Shown: positions 9,436-19,522 of the stretch, piece by piece
How positions within the stretch are numbered: the first letter of the stretch is position 1
Layout of the letters: each line of letters starts with the position of its first letter
Assembly (NCBI GenBank): GCA_022508245.1
Contig: JAFLVO010000006.1
Coordinates: 847 to 64,846 of the forward strand
Source of the DNA: Clostridiales bacterium
GTDB lineage: Bacteria; Bacillota; Clostridia; Christensenellales; Borkfalkiaceae
Length of the DNA stretch: 64,000 bases
Direction: 5' to 3'
Notes under the pieces: generated by a model
Seen by the model: only the letters and a program-made list of their open reading frames with translations
What the model was told of the DNA's origin: nothing
Databases searched by the model: none
Program-made: the position numbers and the translations under genes

Positions 9436-10853
9436 TGCAAAAGTTTATGGATAAAGATTTCCTTTTGGATACCGAAACGGCTAAAAAGCTCTATCACGAA
9501 CACGCGGAGCATATGCCCATTATCGACTATCACTGCCACCTGCAGCCCAAAGAAATTTACGAGGACAAAAAATTCCGCAACCTTGCCGAAGTATGGCTCG
9601 GCGCGGGCGACAGATACGGCGACCACTACAAGTGGCGTGCTCTCCGCGCACGCGGATACGAGGAGGACTCAATTTCGGGTCCCGACGACGACTACAAAAA
9701 ATATATGCAGTTCGTAGAGTCTATGCCCTATTTTGTCGGCAATCCTCTCTATCATTGGTCGCACCTTGAAATGAGAAGATATTTCGGCATCGAAGAGGTT
9801 ATCAACAAGAAAAACGCCGAAAGCATCTGGAAAAAGGCGAACAAGGTTCTCGAAACGCTTACCGCGCGCGAGATGATGTATAAGTTCAACGTCAAGACGG
9901 TCTGTACCACGGACGACCCCGTAGACTCGCTCGAGTGGCACAAAAAGATGAACGAGGACAAGACTTTAAAAGTCCGCGTTCGTCCCGCGTTCCGTCCCGA
10001 CAAGGCTATAAACGTAGAGCTCTCGTGGTTCAAGGATTGGGTAAATCAGCTTGCGGGCGTCGTGGGCAAGCCCATTAAAAACTTAAAAGATTTGTGCGAC
10101 GCCCTCTCCGACAGAATTAAATTCTTCGACGAAATGGGCAGTAAGCTCTCCGACCACGCGCTCGACGTCGTTCACTACGCACCCGCTACCTACGAAGAGG
10201 CTAACGCCGTATTCTTGAAGGGTATGAAGGGCGAGCCCGTTTCGGACGCGGAGCAGGATAAGTACAAGGGTTATATACTCGTATATCTTGCAAAAGAGTA
10301 CGCAAAATACGGTTGGGTTCAGCAGTACCATATCGGGGCTCTCAGAAACAACTCCAAGAGCATGCTCAAAAAGATAGGCCCCGACACCGGCTACGACGCA
10401 ATAGAGGACGCCGTATATATGGAAAAGCTCTCGGCGCTTCTCGGCGAAATCGACAGCGACGGCAACCTTCCCAAGACCATTTTATACTGCCTCAACCCCC
10501 GCGACAACTACGCGCTCACAGTGCTTGCTGGCTGTTTCCAAAAAGAAGGCGTTAAGGGAAGAGTTCAGGTCGGTACGGCTTGGTGGTTCCTCGATCAGCA
10601 GGACGGTATGCGCCAGAACCTTGAAACATTAATGCAGGTAGGGCTCGTTGCGCAGTCGGTAGGTATGCTCACGGACAGCCGTTCCTTCCTTGCATATCCC
10701 CGCCACGAGTATTACAGAAGAATACTCTGCCAGATGCTCGGACGTCTCGTCGAGAGCGGACAGTACCCCGCGGAGGAGCTTGAAACCCTCGGCAAGATAG
10801 TAGAGGATATCTGCTACAACAACGCCGCCGAATACTTCGGTTTTGATAAATAA
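9435..10853 (+). CDS. uxaC: glucuronate isomerase
   Basis: FMDKDFLL..A..LYH...MPIIDYHCHL is the classic UxaC N-terminus. Length 472 aa. The ATG overlaps the uxaA stop (TAATG). Confidence 0.92.
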   Translation: MQKFMDKDFLLDTETAKKLYHEHAEHMPIIDYHCHLQPKEIYEDKKFRNLAEVWLGAGDRYGDHYKWRALRARGYEEDSISGPDDDYKKYMQFVESMPYFVGNPLYHWSHLEMRRYFGIEEVINKKNAESIWKKANKVLETLTAREMMYKFNVKTVCTTDDPVDSLEWHKKMNEDKTLKVRVRPAFRPDKAINVELSWFKDWVNQLAGVVGKPIKNLKDLCDALSDRIKFFDEMGSKLSDHALDVVHYAPATYEEANAVFLKGMKGEPVSDAEQDKYKGYILVYLAKEYAKYGWVQQYHIGALRNNSKSMLKKIGPDTGYDAIEDAVYMEKLSALLGEIDSDGNLPKTILYCLNPRDNYALTVLAGCFQKEGVKGRVQVGTAWWFLDQQDGMRQNLETLMQVGLVAQSVGMLTDSRSFLAYPRHEYYRRILCQMLGRLVESGQYPAEELETLGKIVEDICYNNAAEYFGFDK

Positions 10854-10919
10854 GTTAAGACTAAAAACAACTATCTTCCCCTAAAAATTATGGGAAGATA
10901 TGTTAATAAAGAGAAAAAT

Positions 10920-12029
10920 ATGGATAACAAAAATTACGAACAGGAAAGTCAAGATAACTCAACACAGCTTAACGCGGGCGGAGCAGATAAAGTTAAAAGG
11001 GTTGCAGAGTTAACGGGGCTTGTTCTTGTATGCTTCGCCGCATTAGCGGGGCTGATATTTACTTTCCTGATAGAAGTAAACGGGACCGGGATAATGGGGT
11101 CGGTGTCTGCTATGATTTACCGTTACTTCGGCGATGCGTATAATGGCTTATCCGGCGAGTGGAAAAACAACTACGATAAAATCATATACTATATGCCCAA
11201 CATTGCCGGCACTGTAGTGGCGGCAGGTGCAATATTGAGCACCGTAACGTTTGCCGTACTTACGGCATTGGAAGGATATAAGAAATTTTTAAAAAAGCGG
11301 GAAAACACCAAGCTTGCAACGTTTGCAGCTGCAACCTATCTCTCGTTTGCGTTGTGTGCAACTTTGTTCCTTGCAATCCACAATGTTGCAGAAAAGTTTT
11401 CGGACAGAACCGTTGGCGAAGTCAAATTCAGCGGTGCAACGCTTGCGGGACTGATATTGGGCGGAATTGCGCTCGGCGGATATTATTGTTGCCGCTTTGT
11501 CTGCAATTTGCACAAATATAAAAACATGAAAAAATCGGCCTCTTCCGTAATTGTGCTTGTTGTTGCGGCGCTTACGGTAGCAGTGATAGCTCTGTCAGCG
11601 AACCCCGTCGCAAAGGGTACGTCAAACTGGACTACGGTGTATTGGGGATATTTTGCTATGCCAAAGATATACTTGAATATTGCTTTTGCGACTATGCCGT
11701 CGGTAGATTGCTCCACAATTGCTTCACTCTGCATAGCGGGCTACATATCACAGGCAGCAATAACAATACTGTCCGTAATCGCCCTTTTACAATTTTTGAA
11801 CGCCGCTTGCGGTGACGGAAATGGAAAAATGCTCCCCGTTTTTACAGCTGTTTCTCTCTTATTCTCTATGGCAAATTTAATTTGCGCCATCGGCGCGGCT
11901 TCAGAGTTTGAAAAGATTGCTTACGAATCTATTTTCAGTCATGCCGCACCCATAGCAATACTCATTCTGAATGTTTTGGCTCTCGCGGGCGGTATTTCCT
12001 ATAAAATTTTGGGCTCCAAACAAGAATAG
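10920..12029 (+). CDS. hypothetical polytopic membrane protein (~8 TM, apparent internal duplication)
   Basis: Hydrophobic helices separated by basic patches (YKKFLKKRENTK, HKYKNMKKS). The start is ambiguous: ATG 10890 or 10920, with 10920 having the weak RBS aagaga. No family recognised. Confidence 0.6.
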   Translation: MDNKNYEQESQDNSTQLNAGGADKVKRVAELTGLVLVCFAALAGLIFTFLIEVNGTGIMGSVSAMIYRYFGDAYNGLSGEWKNNYDKIIYYMPNIAGTVVAAGAILSTVTFAVLTALEGYKKFLKKRENTKLATFAAATYLSFALCATLFLAIHNVAEKFSDRTVGEVKFSGATLAGLILGGIALGGYYCCRFVCNLHKYKNMKKSASSVIVLVVAALTVAVIALSANPVAKGTSNWTTVYWGYFAMPKIYLNIAFATMPSVDCSTIASLCIAGYISQAAITILSVIALLQFLNAACGDGNGKMLPVFTAVSLLFSMANLICAIGAASEFEKIAYESIFSHAAPIAILILNVLALAGGISYKILGSKQE

Positions 12030-12044
12030 AAAGCTTTAAGTATA

Positions 12045-12080
12045 TTTTTAGCGGCGAGCCGTTCGGCTCGCCGCTTATTA
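12045..12080. terminator. bidirectional intrinsic terminator
   Basis: gcggcgagcc (12051-12060) gttc ggctcgccgc (12065-12074), flanked by tttta / ttatta. Lies between convergent genes. Confidence 0.7.
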
Positions 12081-12100
12081 CATTTTTATATAATTATACA

Positions 12101-13042
12101 TTATTTTTTAAGAATTTCTTTAATTCGACTTGTGGAAGTATTTATAATTTCATTGACCTCGGAGGCGGACAACTCTTTCGACCACTTGACGGGGGAGGGG
12201 GTAAAATCGCACTTAAGCCCGCCGTGCGCAAATCTTGCGGTTTGGTCACGGTAGGTGTCGTTCCATTTGTTGTAAAACACGCTTGCAATATGATTGCCGA
12301 GGCGGCAGTTTACAAAATCGCATTTGCCGAAATCACGCCACGGTCTGGCAAGATAAACGGAATCAGGGTCGGCGCCACAGCTTTCAAAATCGCAGTCAAT
12401 GAATACAAAACCACGCTCCTGCTTTAAAGAGTGCGCAGGTGCGGCAACGTAACCGATTCCACGCTCGTCGTGTAAAGAAACAATTTTGCAGTTTACAAAA
12501 TAAGCCTCGGCGCATCCGAAGATAAAGTCCACCGTTCCCATAATACGGCAATTTTTAAATATATGCGTTGACGACCCGCTCAAATACAGCTCTTTTTCGG
12601 GGATAAACCCTCTATAGCGCACCACGAGATCGTCGGGAAAGGGGGAGCAAAACAGCGTATCCTGCGTAGATTTCAAATCGATATTATCGGCATAAAAGCT
12701 TTTTGCGTTTACCGAAAGCGCCACGCACTGCCCGACCTCTCGCGGGGAGGTATTGGAGTTTTCTACCGTCAGATTTTTAAGCGTAATACGCTCTCCGGTA
12801 ATACATAAGGTGTATGTGCGGAAAGTATTGTATTCCTGTCCGTCGGCGTGGATTTTCCGTGCATAATCATCGTAGGTTATAATAGTTGTTTCACGGTCTT
12901 CGCCGATTATAGTTAAATCATTCGCACTAATAAGCGTTTTTTGTCTGTATAAACCCTTTTTTAAATATACAGTGGCGGGTTCTTGTAAACTATTCAAAAT
13001 ATCAGACAAACTGTCTTTGGGAGTTAAGTGCAGTTCCAACAT
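12101..13042 (-). CDS. pectinesterase (CE8), no signal peptide
   Basis: CE8 catalytic motifs QDTLF (STQDTLFCS), DFIFG (VDFIFGCA) and YLARPW. The N-terminus MLELHLTPKDS lacks a signal sequence. Confidence 0.88.
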   Translation of the reverse strand: MLELHLTPKDSLSDILNSLQEPATVYLKKGLYRQKTLISANDLTIIGEDRETTIITYDDYARKIHADGQEYNTFRTYTLCITGERITLKNLTVENSNTSPREVGQCVALSVNAKSFYADNIDLKSTQDTLFCSPFPDDLVVRYRGFIPEKELYLSGSSTHIFKNCRIMGTVDFIFGCAEAYFVNCKIVSLHDERGIGYVAAPAHSLKQERGFVFIDCDFESCGADPDSVYLARPWRDFGKCDFVNCRLGNHIASVFYNKWNDTYRDQTARFAHGGLKCDFTPSPVKWSKELSASEVNEIINTSTSRIKEILKK

Positions 13043-13199
13043 AACTAATCTCCGTAACTATGCAATCAGTATACTATAATTTTTTTTGTAAAACAATAAA
13101 AAACATATTGATTTTTAAAAATTACATGTTATAATGTTATTGCGAATTAATATTTTTAACTATTTGTGGTTAATTATTTAGTGTCTGATTTGTTTATAT

Positions 13200-13874
13200 A
13201 TGCGTAAAAACGGTTCAAGATCAATTTCGTTGCGGGAATATCGTCTGCTCGACCTATTTATTTTTACGTTGGTAATAGTAGGGTTTAACCTGCTGGCGCA
13301 CTATGCTCCCGTACTTTTTCCCGACGGTGCGCTGTTTACATTCACACTGACGTTGCCGATAATTTTACTTGTAATGATACGCTGGGGCTGGCAAAGCGTT
13401 TTCATTGCCGTAATCGACGGCGCAATTTACTGCTTACTTAATAATTTCGATTGGCAGATTTACCTTATACTGATACTCGGCAACTGCTTTTCAATGCTAC
13501 TGTTACTCTTAGTAAAAATTATGGATAAACAAAAAATTACCGGAAAAATCTATTTCTCGGTACTATTTGTCGTTTTAGGCTGGCTTTTGATAGTATTGGG
13601 CAGAGCGGTTGTTGCGGAAATTGTGGGAATCGGCTTTGTCAACTGCATACTCAGCTTTTACGGACTTCCTGATTTGCTTTCCTTGGCGGTAGCCGTAATA
13701 CTTATTCTCGTTTTTCGCAGACTTGACGGAATGTTTGAGGACCAAAAGCACTACCTCATCCGCAAGGACAAAGAAAGGAAAGAGCTCGCCAGGCGCGATG
13801 AATTCGGCGACGAGCCTATAGAAATCGACGAGGAAAGTCTATCGATTTTAAATAAATACGAGGACGAGCTTTGA
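13200..13874 (+). CDS. hypothetical membrane protein (5-6 TM, acidic C-terminal tail)
   Basis: Hydrophobic helices throughout, with a C-terminal charged tail (RKDKERKELARRDEFGDEPIEIDEE). Extended -10 promoter upstream (ttgatt-16-TGtTATAAT at ~13147-13174). Confidence 0.6.
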   Translation: MRKNGSRSISLREYRLLDLFIFTLVIVGFNLLAHYAPVLFPDGALFTFTLTLPIILLVMIRWGWQSVFIAVIDGAIYCLLNNFDWQIYLILILGNCFSMLLLLLVKIMDKQKITGKIYFSVLFVVLGWLLIVLGRAVVAEIVGIGFVNCILSFYGLPDLLSLAVAVILILVFRRLDGMFEDQKHYLIRKDKERKELARRDEFGDEPIEIDEESLSILNKYEDEL

Positions 13875-14052
13875 TAACATAAAAAGTTATAAAGTTCAAC
13901 ATAGTGACAGAATTAAAGGGATATCCCTTTATGCGCACTTGCAAGGGCGCATAACAATCACTGTTAAGCAATAAAACCACGGTAATAGGCGGACAACCCC
14001 GCATTACAGATAAATTACTTGAAATCTTAAGTGATATGGAGGAAATTTTTCG

Positions 14053-15150
14053 ATGTTCAAACTCAAGTATGACGACTTCCTTATCTACGACGAGGCAACG
14101 GGAACATATTCCATGGCTGCCGATCAAAAGGTAAGGGACGAGACAGAGCGGAAGAGATGGAAAACAACCGGATTCACTATTTTGAAGGATTGGCGACTGT
14201 ATCTTATGCTTGTGCCGATGCTCTTCGTGTACATCTGCTGGAAGTACTTGCCTCTCTACGAACTGGTTTCGGCTTTCCAGGTCGGCGACAGCAGTGAAGT
14301 TGCCGAACGCTTTTGGTACGGTTTTGAGAACTTCAAATCGCTGCTTGCACCTACGAACGGCGTATGGTCGAGCACGGCAATGGACTTTTGGAGAGCCTTC
14401 CGAAACACTTTTGCAATAGCCTTCTACGGGCTGTTGTTCGGATTCCCCGTCCCCATTATTTTAGCGTTGTTCTTCAACGAGGTTCGTTCCAACCTGGCGC
14501 GTTCTGTTATGCAGGTGTGCGTATACCTGCCCAAGTTCATGTCGACCGTCGTTGTTACTTCGCTTGCAATAGTAATTTTCCGTGGCGGCGCATCTGCATC
14601 CAACTACGGCGTTGTTACCAAATTCCTCGTATGGATATCGGGCAACAATCCTAATATTGTAGCTGCGGCAGGCAATAACCTCCTGTTTTCGGCAAGATAT
14701 TTCCGTGCGCTGTACGTCATAACGGAATTGTGGGAGCACGCGGGCTATGATTCAATCGTATTCTTCGCTGCCGTCATAGCAATTTCGCCCACCTCGTACG
14801 AAGCGGCGCAGATTGACGGTGCAGGCAAGATGGCGCAGATGCGTTACGTCGTAATTCCGAGCATCTTATCCACAGTTATCATTATGTTGATAATGAGAAT
14901 AGGCGGACTTCTTTCCGTAAGCTACGAAAAGATTTATCTGCTCACTCCTTCCGAGAGCTTCAGCAACTACGCTGTTGCCGACGTTGTTTCGACGTTTGCA
15001 AACAACCTGCAATCGCCCAGACTCGCCGGTAATACACCTCAACCCTTGCTTGCCGTTGCTGCGGAAATGATAAATAACGTAATAGGCATGATACTCGTCC
15101 TCGGTGCAAACACAATTGCCCGCAAGGCGTCGAACGTGTCGCTGTATTAA
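14053..15150 (+). CDS. carbohydrate ABC transporter permease (LplB/YtcP-like)
   Basis: MalF/LplB-type permease with an EAA-like loop (AAQIDGAGKMAQMRYVVIP). RBS ggagga. N-terminal ~35-aa cytoplasmic extension. Confidence 0.85.
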   Translation: MFKLKYDDFLIYDEATGTYSMAADQKVRDETERKRWKTTGFTILKDWRLYLMLVPMLFVYICWKYLPLYELVSAFQVGDSSEVAERFWYGFENFKSLLAPTNGVWSSTAMDFWRAFRNTFAIAFYGLLFGFPVPIILALFFNEVRSNLARSVMQVCVYLPKFMSTVVVTSLAIVIFRGGASASNYGVVTKFLVWISGNNPNIVAAAGNNLLFSARYFRALYVITELWEHAGYDSIVFFAAVIAISPTSYEAAQIDGAGKMAQMRYVVIPSILSTVIIMLIMRIGGLLSVSYEKIYLLTPSESFSNYAVADVVSTFANNLQSPRLAGNTPQPLLAVAAEMINNVIGMILVLGANTIARKASNVSLY

Positions 15151-15162
15151 GGAGGAATACGT

Positions 15163-16140
15163 ATGAAACGTAAAGTAGAAGTCAGCGAGCTCATATTCAG
15201 AATTATCGCATACGTTATTCTGATTATATTCGCAATAATGTGCATCTATCCCTTCCTGTATGCAATAGGCGGCGCATTTTCGTCGGCTAAAGCGATTGAA
15301 GGCGACAGCGTCGTCCTTTGGCCTATGATTGAAAACGACGCCGGCAAATTGGTTTTCGGCTTTGAGTTTAAAGCGTTTGCCTATGCCGCAACGAGAAACC
15401 AATTCTGGATAAGCTATTCAAACACTCTTTTCGTAACCATATTAGGTACGGTGTGGACTTTGGGATACTCCATACTCGGAGCATACGCATTGTCAAAGAA
15501 AAGACTGCTCGGCCGTCACGGCTGGAACTTCTTCCTCGTATTCACGATGTGGTTCTCGGCAGGTGTCGTCGCAACATTCTATAACTATCAGGCAACTGGC
15601 AAGGTGTTTGCAAGTATTGCGGGAGTTGATACCAGCCTCTGGCGTCAGGAAGTAGACCTCAAGTGGCTCGTAGTTATAGCAATGGGTATGAACGCAACGA
15701 ACATAATCCTTCTCCGTAACGCCTTCGAGGGAGTTCCCTCTGAAATAGAGGAGGCGGCAAGAATAGACGGCGCAACCGAGCTTCAGGTCCTTATGAACGT
15801 ATTTATCCCCATGAGCAAGGCAACCATCGCAACGGTCGCACTGTTCTTCGGTATTTCACGTTGGAACGGCTACTTCTGGGCTTACAGAATAATGGGCACG
15901 GATCAGAAAGAGTCCTGGCCGGTGCAGGTATTTATAAGAGACTTCATAAGTCATTACACCAATCTGACCGGCGAATACGATGCCGAAGTTGCAAGAGGCT
16001 ACGACGTAGCGGCAAACGGCTCGGCTACCTCGGTTGTATACTCGCTGGTTATCTGCGCTATTATTCCCATCCTCATAATTTACCCTTTCATTCAGAAGTA
16101 CTTTGCAAAGGGCGTAAATATGGGCGGCGTAAAAGAATAA
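15163..16140 (+). CDS. carbohydrate ABC transporter permease (LplC/MalG-like)
   Basis: EAA loop EAARIDGATELQVLMNVFIPMSK, 6 TM. RBS aaggagg. Confidence 0.88.
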   Translation: MKRKVEVSELIFRIIAYVILIIFAIMCIYPFLYAIGGAFSSAKAIEGDSVVLWPMIENDAGKLVFGFEFKAFAYAATRNQFWISYSNTLFVTILGTVWTLGYSILGAYALSKKRLLGRHGWNFFLVFTMWFSAGVVATFYNYQATGKVFASIAGVDTSLWRQEVDLKWLVVIAMGMNATNIILLRNAFEGVPSEIEEAARIDGATELQVLMNVFIPMSKATIATVALFFGISRWNGYFWAYRIMGTDQKESWPVQVFIRDFISHYTNLTGEYDAEVARGYDVAANGSATSVVYSLVICAIIPILIIYPFIQKYFAKGVNMGGVKE

Positions 16141-16225
16141 TGAAAGTACCTGTAAAGGTATATTGAAATTTCAATTTATTTAAATTCAAAATCAATAAAA
16201 ATAATTATATTTTAAGGAGATAATT

Positions 16226-18829
16226 ATGAACAAAACCAAAAAAATTGCTTCGGCGGTTGTTGCAACCGTTATGGCAGGAACAATGGTAGCTTCACTCGCA
16301 GCCTGCACCACCGGCGGCGGTGGCGGCGGCGGAAAAGTTGTCTTTTCAGAGGACACTAAGTACGCAGTAACTCTCAATATGAACGTAGGTTATCAGGGTG
16401 GCGGTTATACCAGCATCTCTTATAAGAACATTTCAGGTTCCTATAAGATGTCCGACGGCATAACCTATCAGAACGGCAACCTCAAACCCGCATGGCACGC
16501 ACTTTCGGACGCTATTCAAGTTTCCTTCAAAGACGTATTTACCGAAAAGGCTTCGGGCGACCAGATAAAAGAGGCTAGAACCAACGGTATCGAAAACTAC
16601 GACGTACTTACCGGTTCAAACAGCGACTTTATTACTTACAAAGACGATTTCCTCAATCTTAACAACTATCTCGACAGAATGCCCAACTACAAGGCATTCC
16701 TCGAAAACGATGTTGCAACACACATGGCTATTCTTGCCGACGTAGAAACGGGCGCTATGTATTACACCCCTTACTTCGACGGTCAGGACGCTATCGAAAG
16801 ATACGACATGGCAAACAGAAACTGGTCCAAGGCAATCCTCGACACGGATACCTCCGCGTGGGCTGGCGCCATTAAGTGGACGGACCACCTGACAAGCAAG
16901 AGAACCTACGGCGGACTTTCCGAAAACGCTTTCAACACCGTAATAACAAGCGGAACGGCGGCAACCTCCTATATGGGACAGACGGCAGAGGACAACTGGA
17001 CGGTTAAAACTACCGACCCCACCGATGCTACCAACATCAAGACCGTTGTTGTTAAAGTTGATTACGGCGCAGCTTTGACGGCTGTTAAGAATGCTGACTC
17101 CGAGCTCGGCAAGGCATATCAGGCTGCGGCAGGCGCGGCTTACGAGGGCACGAGCGGTAACATTGTTGAAATTCAGAACGCCGCTATAGCTGCAAATGCA
17201 GATATTACGGGCGCTCATCTTGCTAAACTCCTTCAGGAATATATCAAAGTGACCTATAAGTACGGCGCATCCGAAACTGAGGCAACGACCCAGCTCTACG
17301 GCGCAAACGGCACCAAGGTCAGCGACATATTCAACAGCGCTTACGCTTGCTGGGATGCAGATATTATGACGGCTATGTGGCGTTGCGTAGTTACGGCAGG
17401 AAAAACCGTACTCGGCACACAGACCCCCGATAACCTCATCTATGCTTACTCCGGCCGTGCAGCTACCTCCAATAGATCTATCGATATGGTACGCTTTGCA
17501 GGTACTCTCTACGGTATCCGCGGAACGGAATCCAAATTCCAGTACACCTATCTTGACGAGGACGGCAACGTAGTTGACGCACGTTCCAACGAAGCGTTCT
17601 ACGACGCACTTGCAAAATTCGGCGATTTGAGCAAGGAAGGCTTGGTATTCACTCAGGAAGACGGTACTGCGGCTCTCAAGGACAGCAAGGCATCTTTCTA
17701 TGAGGAAGACTCCGTTCAGGTTTATATGACTCACGACTATTCGCAGTCTCAGACCATCTACGGCCTTACCACCGAAACAGACCTTACGAAGTACAACTTT
17801 GGACCTATACTTACTCCCGTAGCTAAATGGGATACGACGGGTAAGGGCACCTCGTTCAATAATTCCGAGACAGATTATGAATATATGAGATTTATCGAGA
17901 GCTGGCGTGCAGTTAAGACCACAGGCTTCGGTCTTGCGGCTCACCTCGCTTCCAACGAAACCAAACTTGCTGCTGCACTCAAGTTCGTTGACTATCTGTA
18001 CTCAAACGACGGTCAGATCCTTATGTGCTTCGGACCTCTTGCAACAGAAGCGGGCGATGAGAGCGTAAGTAACGGCGGTTTCTGGTACGGACAGGAGGCA
18101 AGCGTTGCTCTTAATACCGTTGCAGAGCCCACCTATGAAGGCTCCACAATGTACAAGGTTAAGGATGAATACGCAGGTCAGTACCTCGTATTCCAGAACA
18201 AGGTTTACACAACCCAGTCCAAGTATGACGGCAAGGTTATTCCTACCCTCACGAATGCTACCTACAACTTCTTCATGACAGGTAAAGTTACACAGAGAAC
18301 TACCTCCAACGATATTTCCGACTGGAAAATGGCGGGCAACTACTCCAACTTCTCCGAGTACGTTATAGGTTCCTGCCTTCCCATCGGCGTAAAGAGCCAG
18401 GGCTTCGAAGCTCAGATGACCGCAGAATGCGGCAAGCTCGGCGTTGATATCGTAGGCTCCGCAATCGGTAACGAAACTATCAAACACGTTTCCGTAAGCA
18501 TCGATAAAGAAAACTACTGGTACTCCGTAATGCCTTCTTCGTTGCCTCTTACCAGCGCAGAGAGCACCGACGTAAAAAATAACTGCGGCACACTTACCGG
18601 CACCCTGTTCGGTACGGGCTCCAAGGCATATGCAAACCTTGCACTCGGACTTCTGAAAGCAGGCTACAATACGAACTACGCAATTACCACCGACCTCAAA
18701 GTACCTGCAAACGCAGCAGCTTGCTTAACTCTTGTAAACGGCGAAGGCTGCAAACTTACAACGTACGTTGATTACATGAACAACGCATGGAATAAGTTGC
18801 TCGTTAAGTTCGGCTACAAGGTAGCGTAA
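16226..18829 (+). CDS. extracellular solute-binding lipoprotein, unusually large (867 aa)
   Basis: Signal peptide plus lipobox SLAAC (Cys27), then a Gly7 linker. LplA-like SBP pattern (KPAWHAL, YDVLTG, GAMYYTPYF) with long extra segments. RBS aaggag. Confidence 0.8.
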   Translation: MNKTKKIASAVVATVMAGTMVASLAACTTGGGGGGGKVVFSEDTKYAVTLNMNVGYQGGGYTSISYKNISGSYKMSDGITYQNGNLKPAWHALSDAIQVSFKDVFTEKASGDQIKEARTNGIENYDVLTGSNSDFITYKDDFLNLNNYLDRMPNYKAFLENDVATHMAILADVETGAMYYTPYFDGQDAIERYDMANRNWSKAILDTDTSAWAGAIKWTDHLTSKRTYGGLSENAFNTVITSGTAATSYMGQTAEDNWTVKTTDPTDATNIKTVVVKVDYGAALTAVKNADSELGKAYQAAAGAAYEGTSGNIVEIQNAAIAANADITGAHLAKLLQEYIKVTYKYGASETEATTQLYGANGTKVSDIFNSAYACWDADIMTAMWRCVVTAGKTVLGTQTPDNLIYAYSGRAATSNRSIDMVRFAGTLYGIRGTESKFQYTYLDEDGNVVDARSNEAFYDALAKFGDLSKEGLVFTQEDGTAALKDSKASFYEEDSVQVYMTHDYSQSQTIYGLTTETDLTKYNFGPILTPVAKWDTTGKGTSFNNSETDYEYMRFIESWRAVKTTGFGLAAHLASNETKLAAALKFVDYLYSNDGQILMCFGPLATEAGDESVSNGGFWYGQEASVALNTVAEPTYEGSTMYKVKDEYAGQYLVFQNKVYTTQSKYDGKVIPTLTNATYNFFMTGKVTQRTTSNDISDWKMAGNYSNFSEYVIGSCLPIGVKSQGFEAQMTAECGKLGVDIVGSAIGNETIKHVSVSIDKENYWYSVMPSSLPLTSAESTDVKNNCGTLTGTLFGTGSKAYANLALGLLKAGYNTNYAITTDLKVPANAAACLTLVNGEGCKLTTYVDYMNNAWNKLLVKFGYKVA

Positions 18830-18880
18830 AACAAACCTTTCAATCCGTTTCAACGGATAATCATTAAAACAAATCGGTTG

Positions 18881-18906
18881 GGCGCCCGCCCGTGCGGGCG
18901 GGCGCC
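18881..18906 (+). promoter_or_regulatory. intra-operon all-GC stem-loop after the SBP gene (no U-tract)
   Basis: ggcgcccgccc (18881-18891) gtgc gggcgggcgcc (18896-18906), followed by gcagcc. Confidence 0.55.
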
Positions 18907-18934
18907 GCAGCCAAAGCTTCGGGGAAATTTATAT

Positions 18935-19522
18935 ATGAAAACTCAGATGAAATTTCAAAAGCTTCTATTGCTTTGTTCGTTGATACTTGCGGGTATTACC
19001 TGCCTGTACGCGCTGGGCTTCTTTACCGGTAGCTTAGCATCTTTATATCAGTACTCGGCGACACAGCAAAACGACGTTATAAATGCGAACGGTACGTTCG
19101 AGTTTGCCCAAAAAGTAAACAGTGTTTTAATGTTTATGGGCATCGCGTTTGTGTTGGCAATTGTTATTATGTACATAACGGCAACACAGAAAAGACGCAA
19201 CTATTACATTGACAATTACGTAACTATAGGAATAGCAGTTGTGTATGCGATTGTGTTTGCCATAGTTGCGCTCGTTTTAATAGGTCAGACGTCCAATATG
19301 TTCTTCAACGAAATAGACTGGACGAAATACAACACCCAGATTGCAGGCACGACAAGCGACTTCGGTATCAATAAGGACGGAGTAATGTTTATCCTCGGAT
19401 ATATACTGTTTTCCTTAGTTATACTCGATGCCGCCGCGCTCGGCCTCAACCTCTTGTGGAAAATAAAACTGATGCAGGGAGAGAAGGCTCTTCTCAACGG
19501 CACCCCCAAGGAGGTGGCATAA
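18935..19522 (+). CDS. hypothetical 4-TM membrane protein (ABC-operon accessory, paralog a)
   Basis: Start moved to ATG 18935 (MKTQMKFQKLL) because ORF 18878.. begins inside the GC hairpin. Topology is TM1-loop-TM2-QKRRNY-TM3-long loop-TM4. Confidence 0.65.
   Translation: MKTQMKFQKLLLLCSLILAGITCLYALGFFTGSLASLYQYSATQQNDVINANGTFEFAQKVNSVLMFMGIAFVLAIVIMYITATQKRRNYYIDNYVTIGIAVVYAIVFAIVALVLIGQTSNMFFNEIDWTKYNTQIAGTTSDFGINKDGVMFILGYILFSLVILDAAALGLNLLWKIKLMQGEKALLNGTPKEVA

Noticed and set aside
16300-16325. GGC/GGT run encoding Gly7 in the SBP, considered as a slipped-strand phase-variation tract
   Set aside because: It is a mixed-codon tract (ggc ggc ggt ggc ggc ggc gga), not a homopolymer, and it is in frame as a lipoprotein tether.
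16616-17944. Long antisense ORFs (16616..17944, 61530..62417, 1264..2001, 7071..7718, 33687..34208, 58620..59216 and others)
   Set aside because: They lie entirely opposite well-supported genes, have no RBS, and have odd composition (Cys/Val/Arg-rich). They are typical shadow ORFs.
18878-18934. Upstream starts of ORFs 18878.. and 19456.. as given in the ORF track
   Set aside because: ORF 18878 begins inside the all-GC hairpin. ORF 19456 lies within the preceding gene. Internal ATGs with an RBS or stop-start overlap (18935, 19522) fit better.
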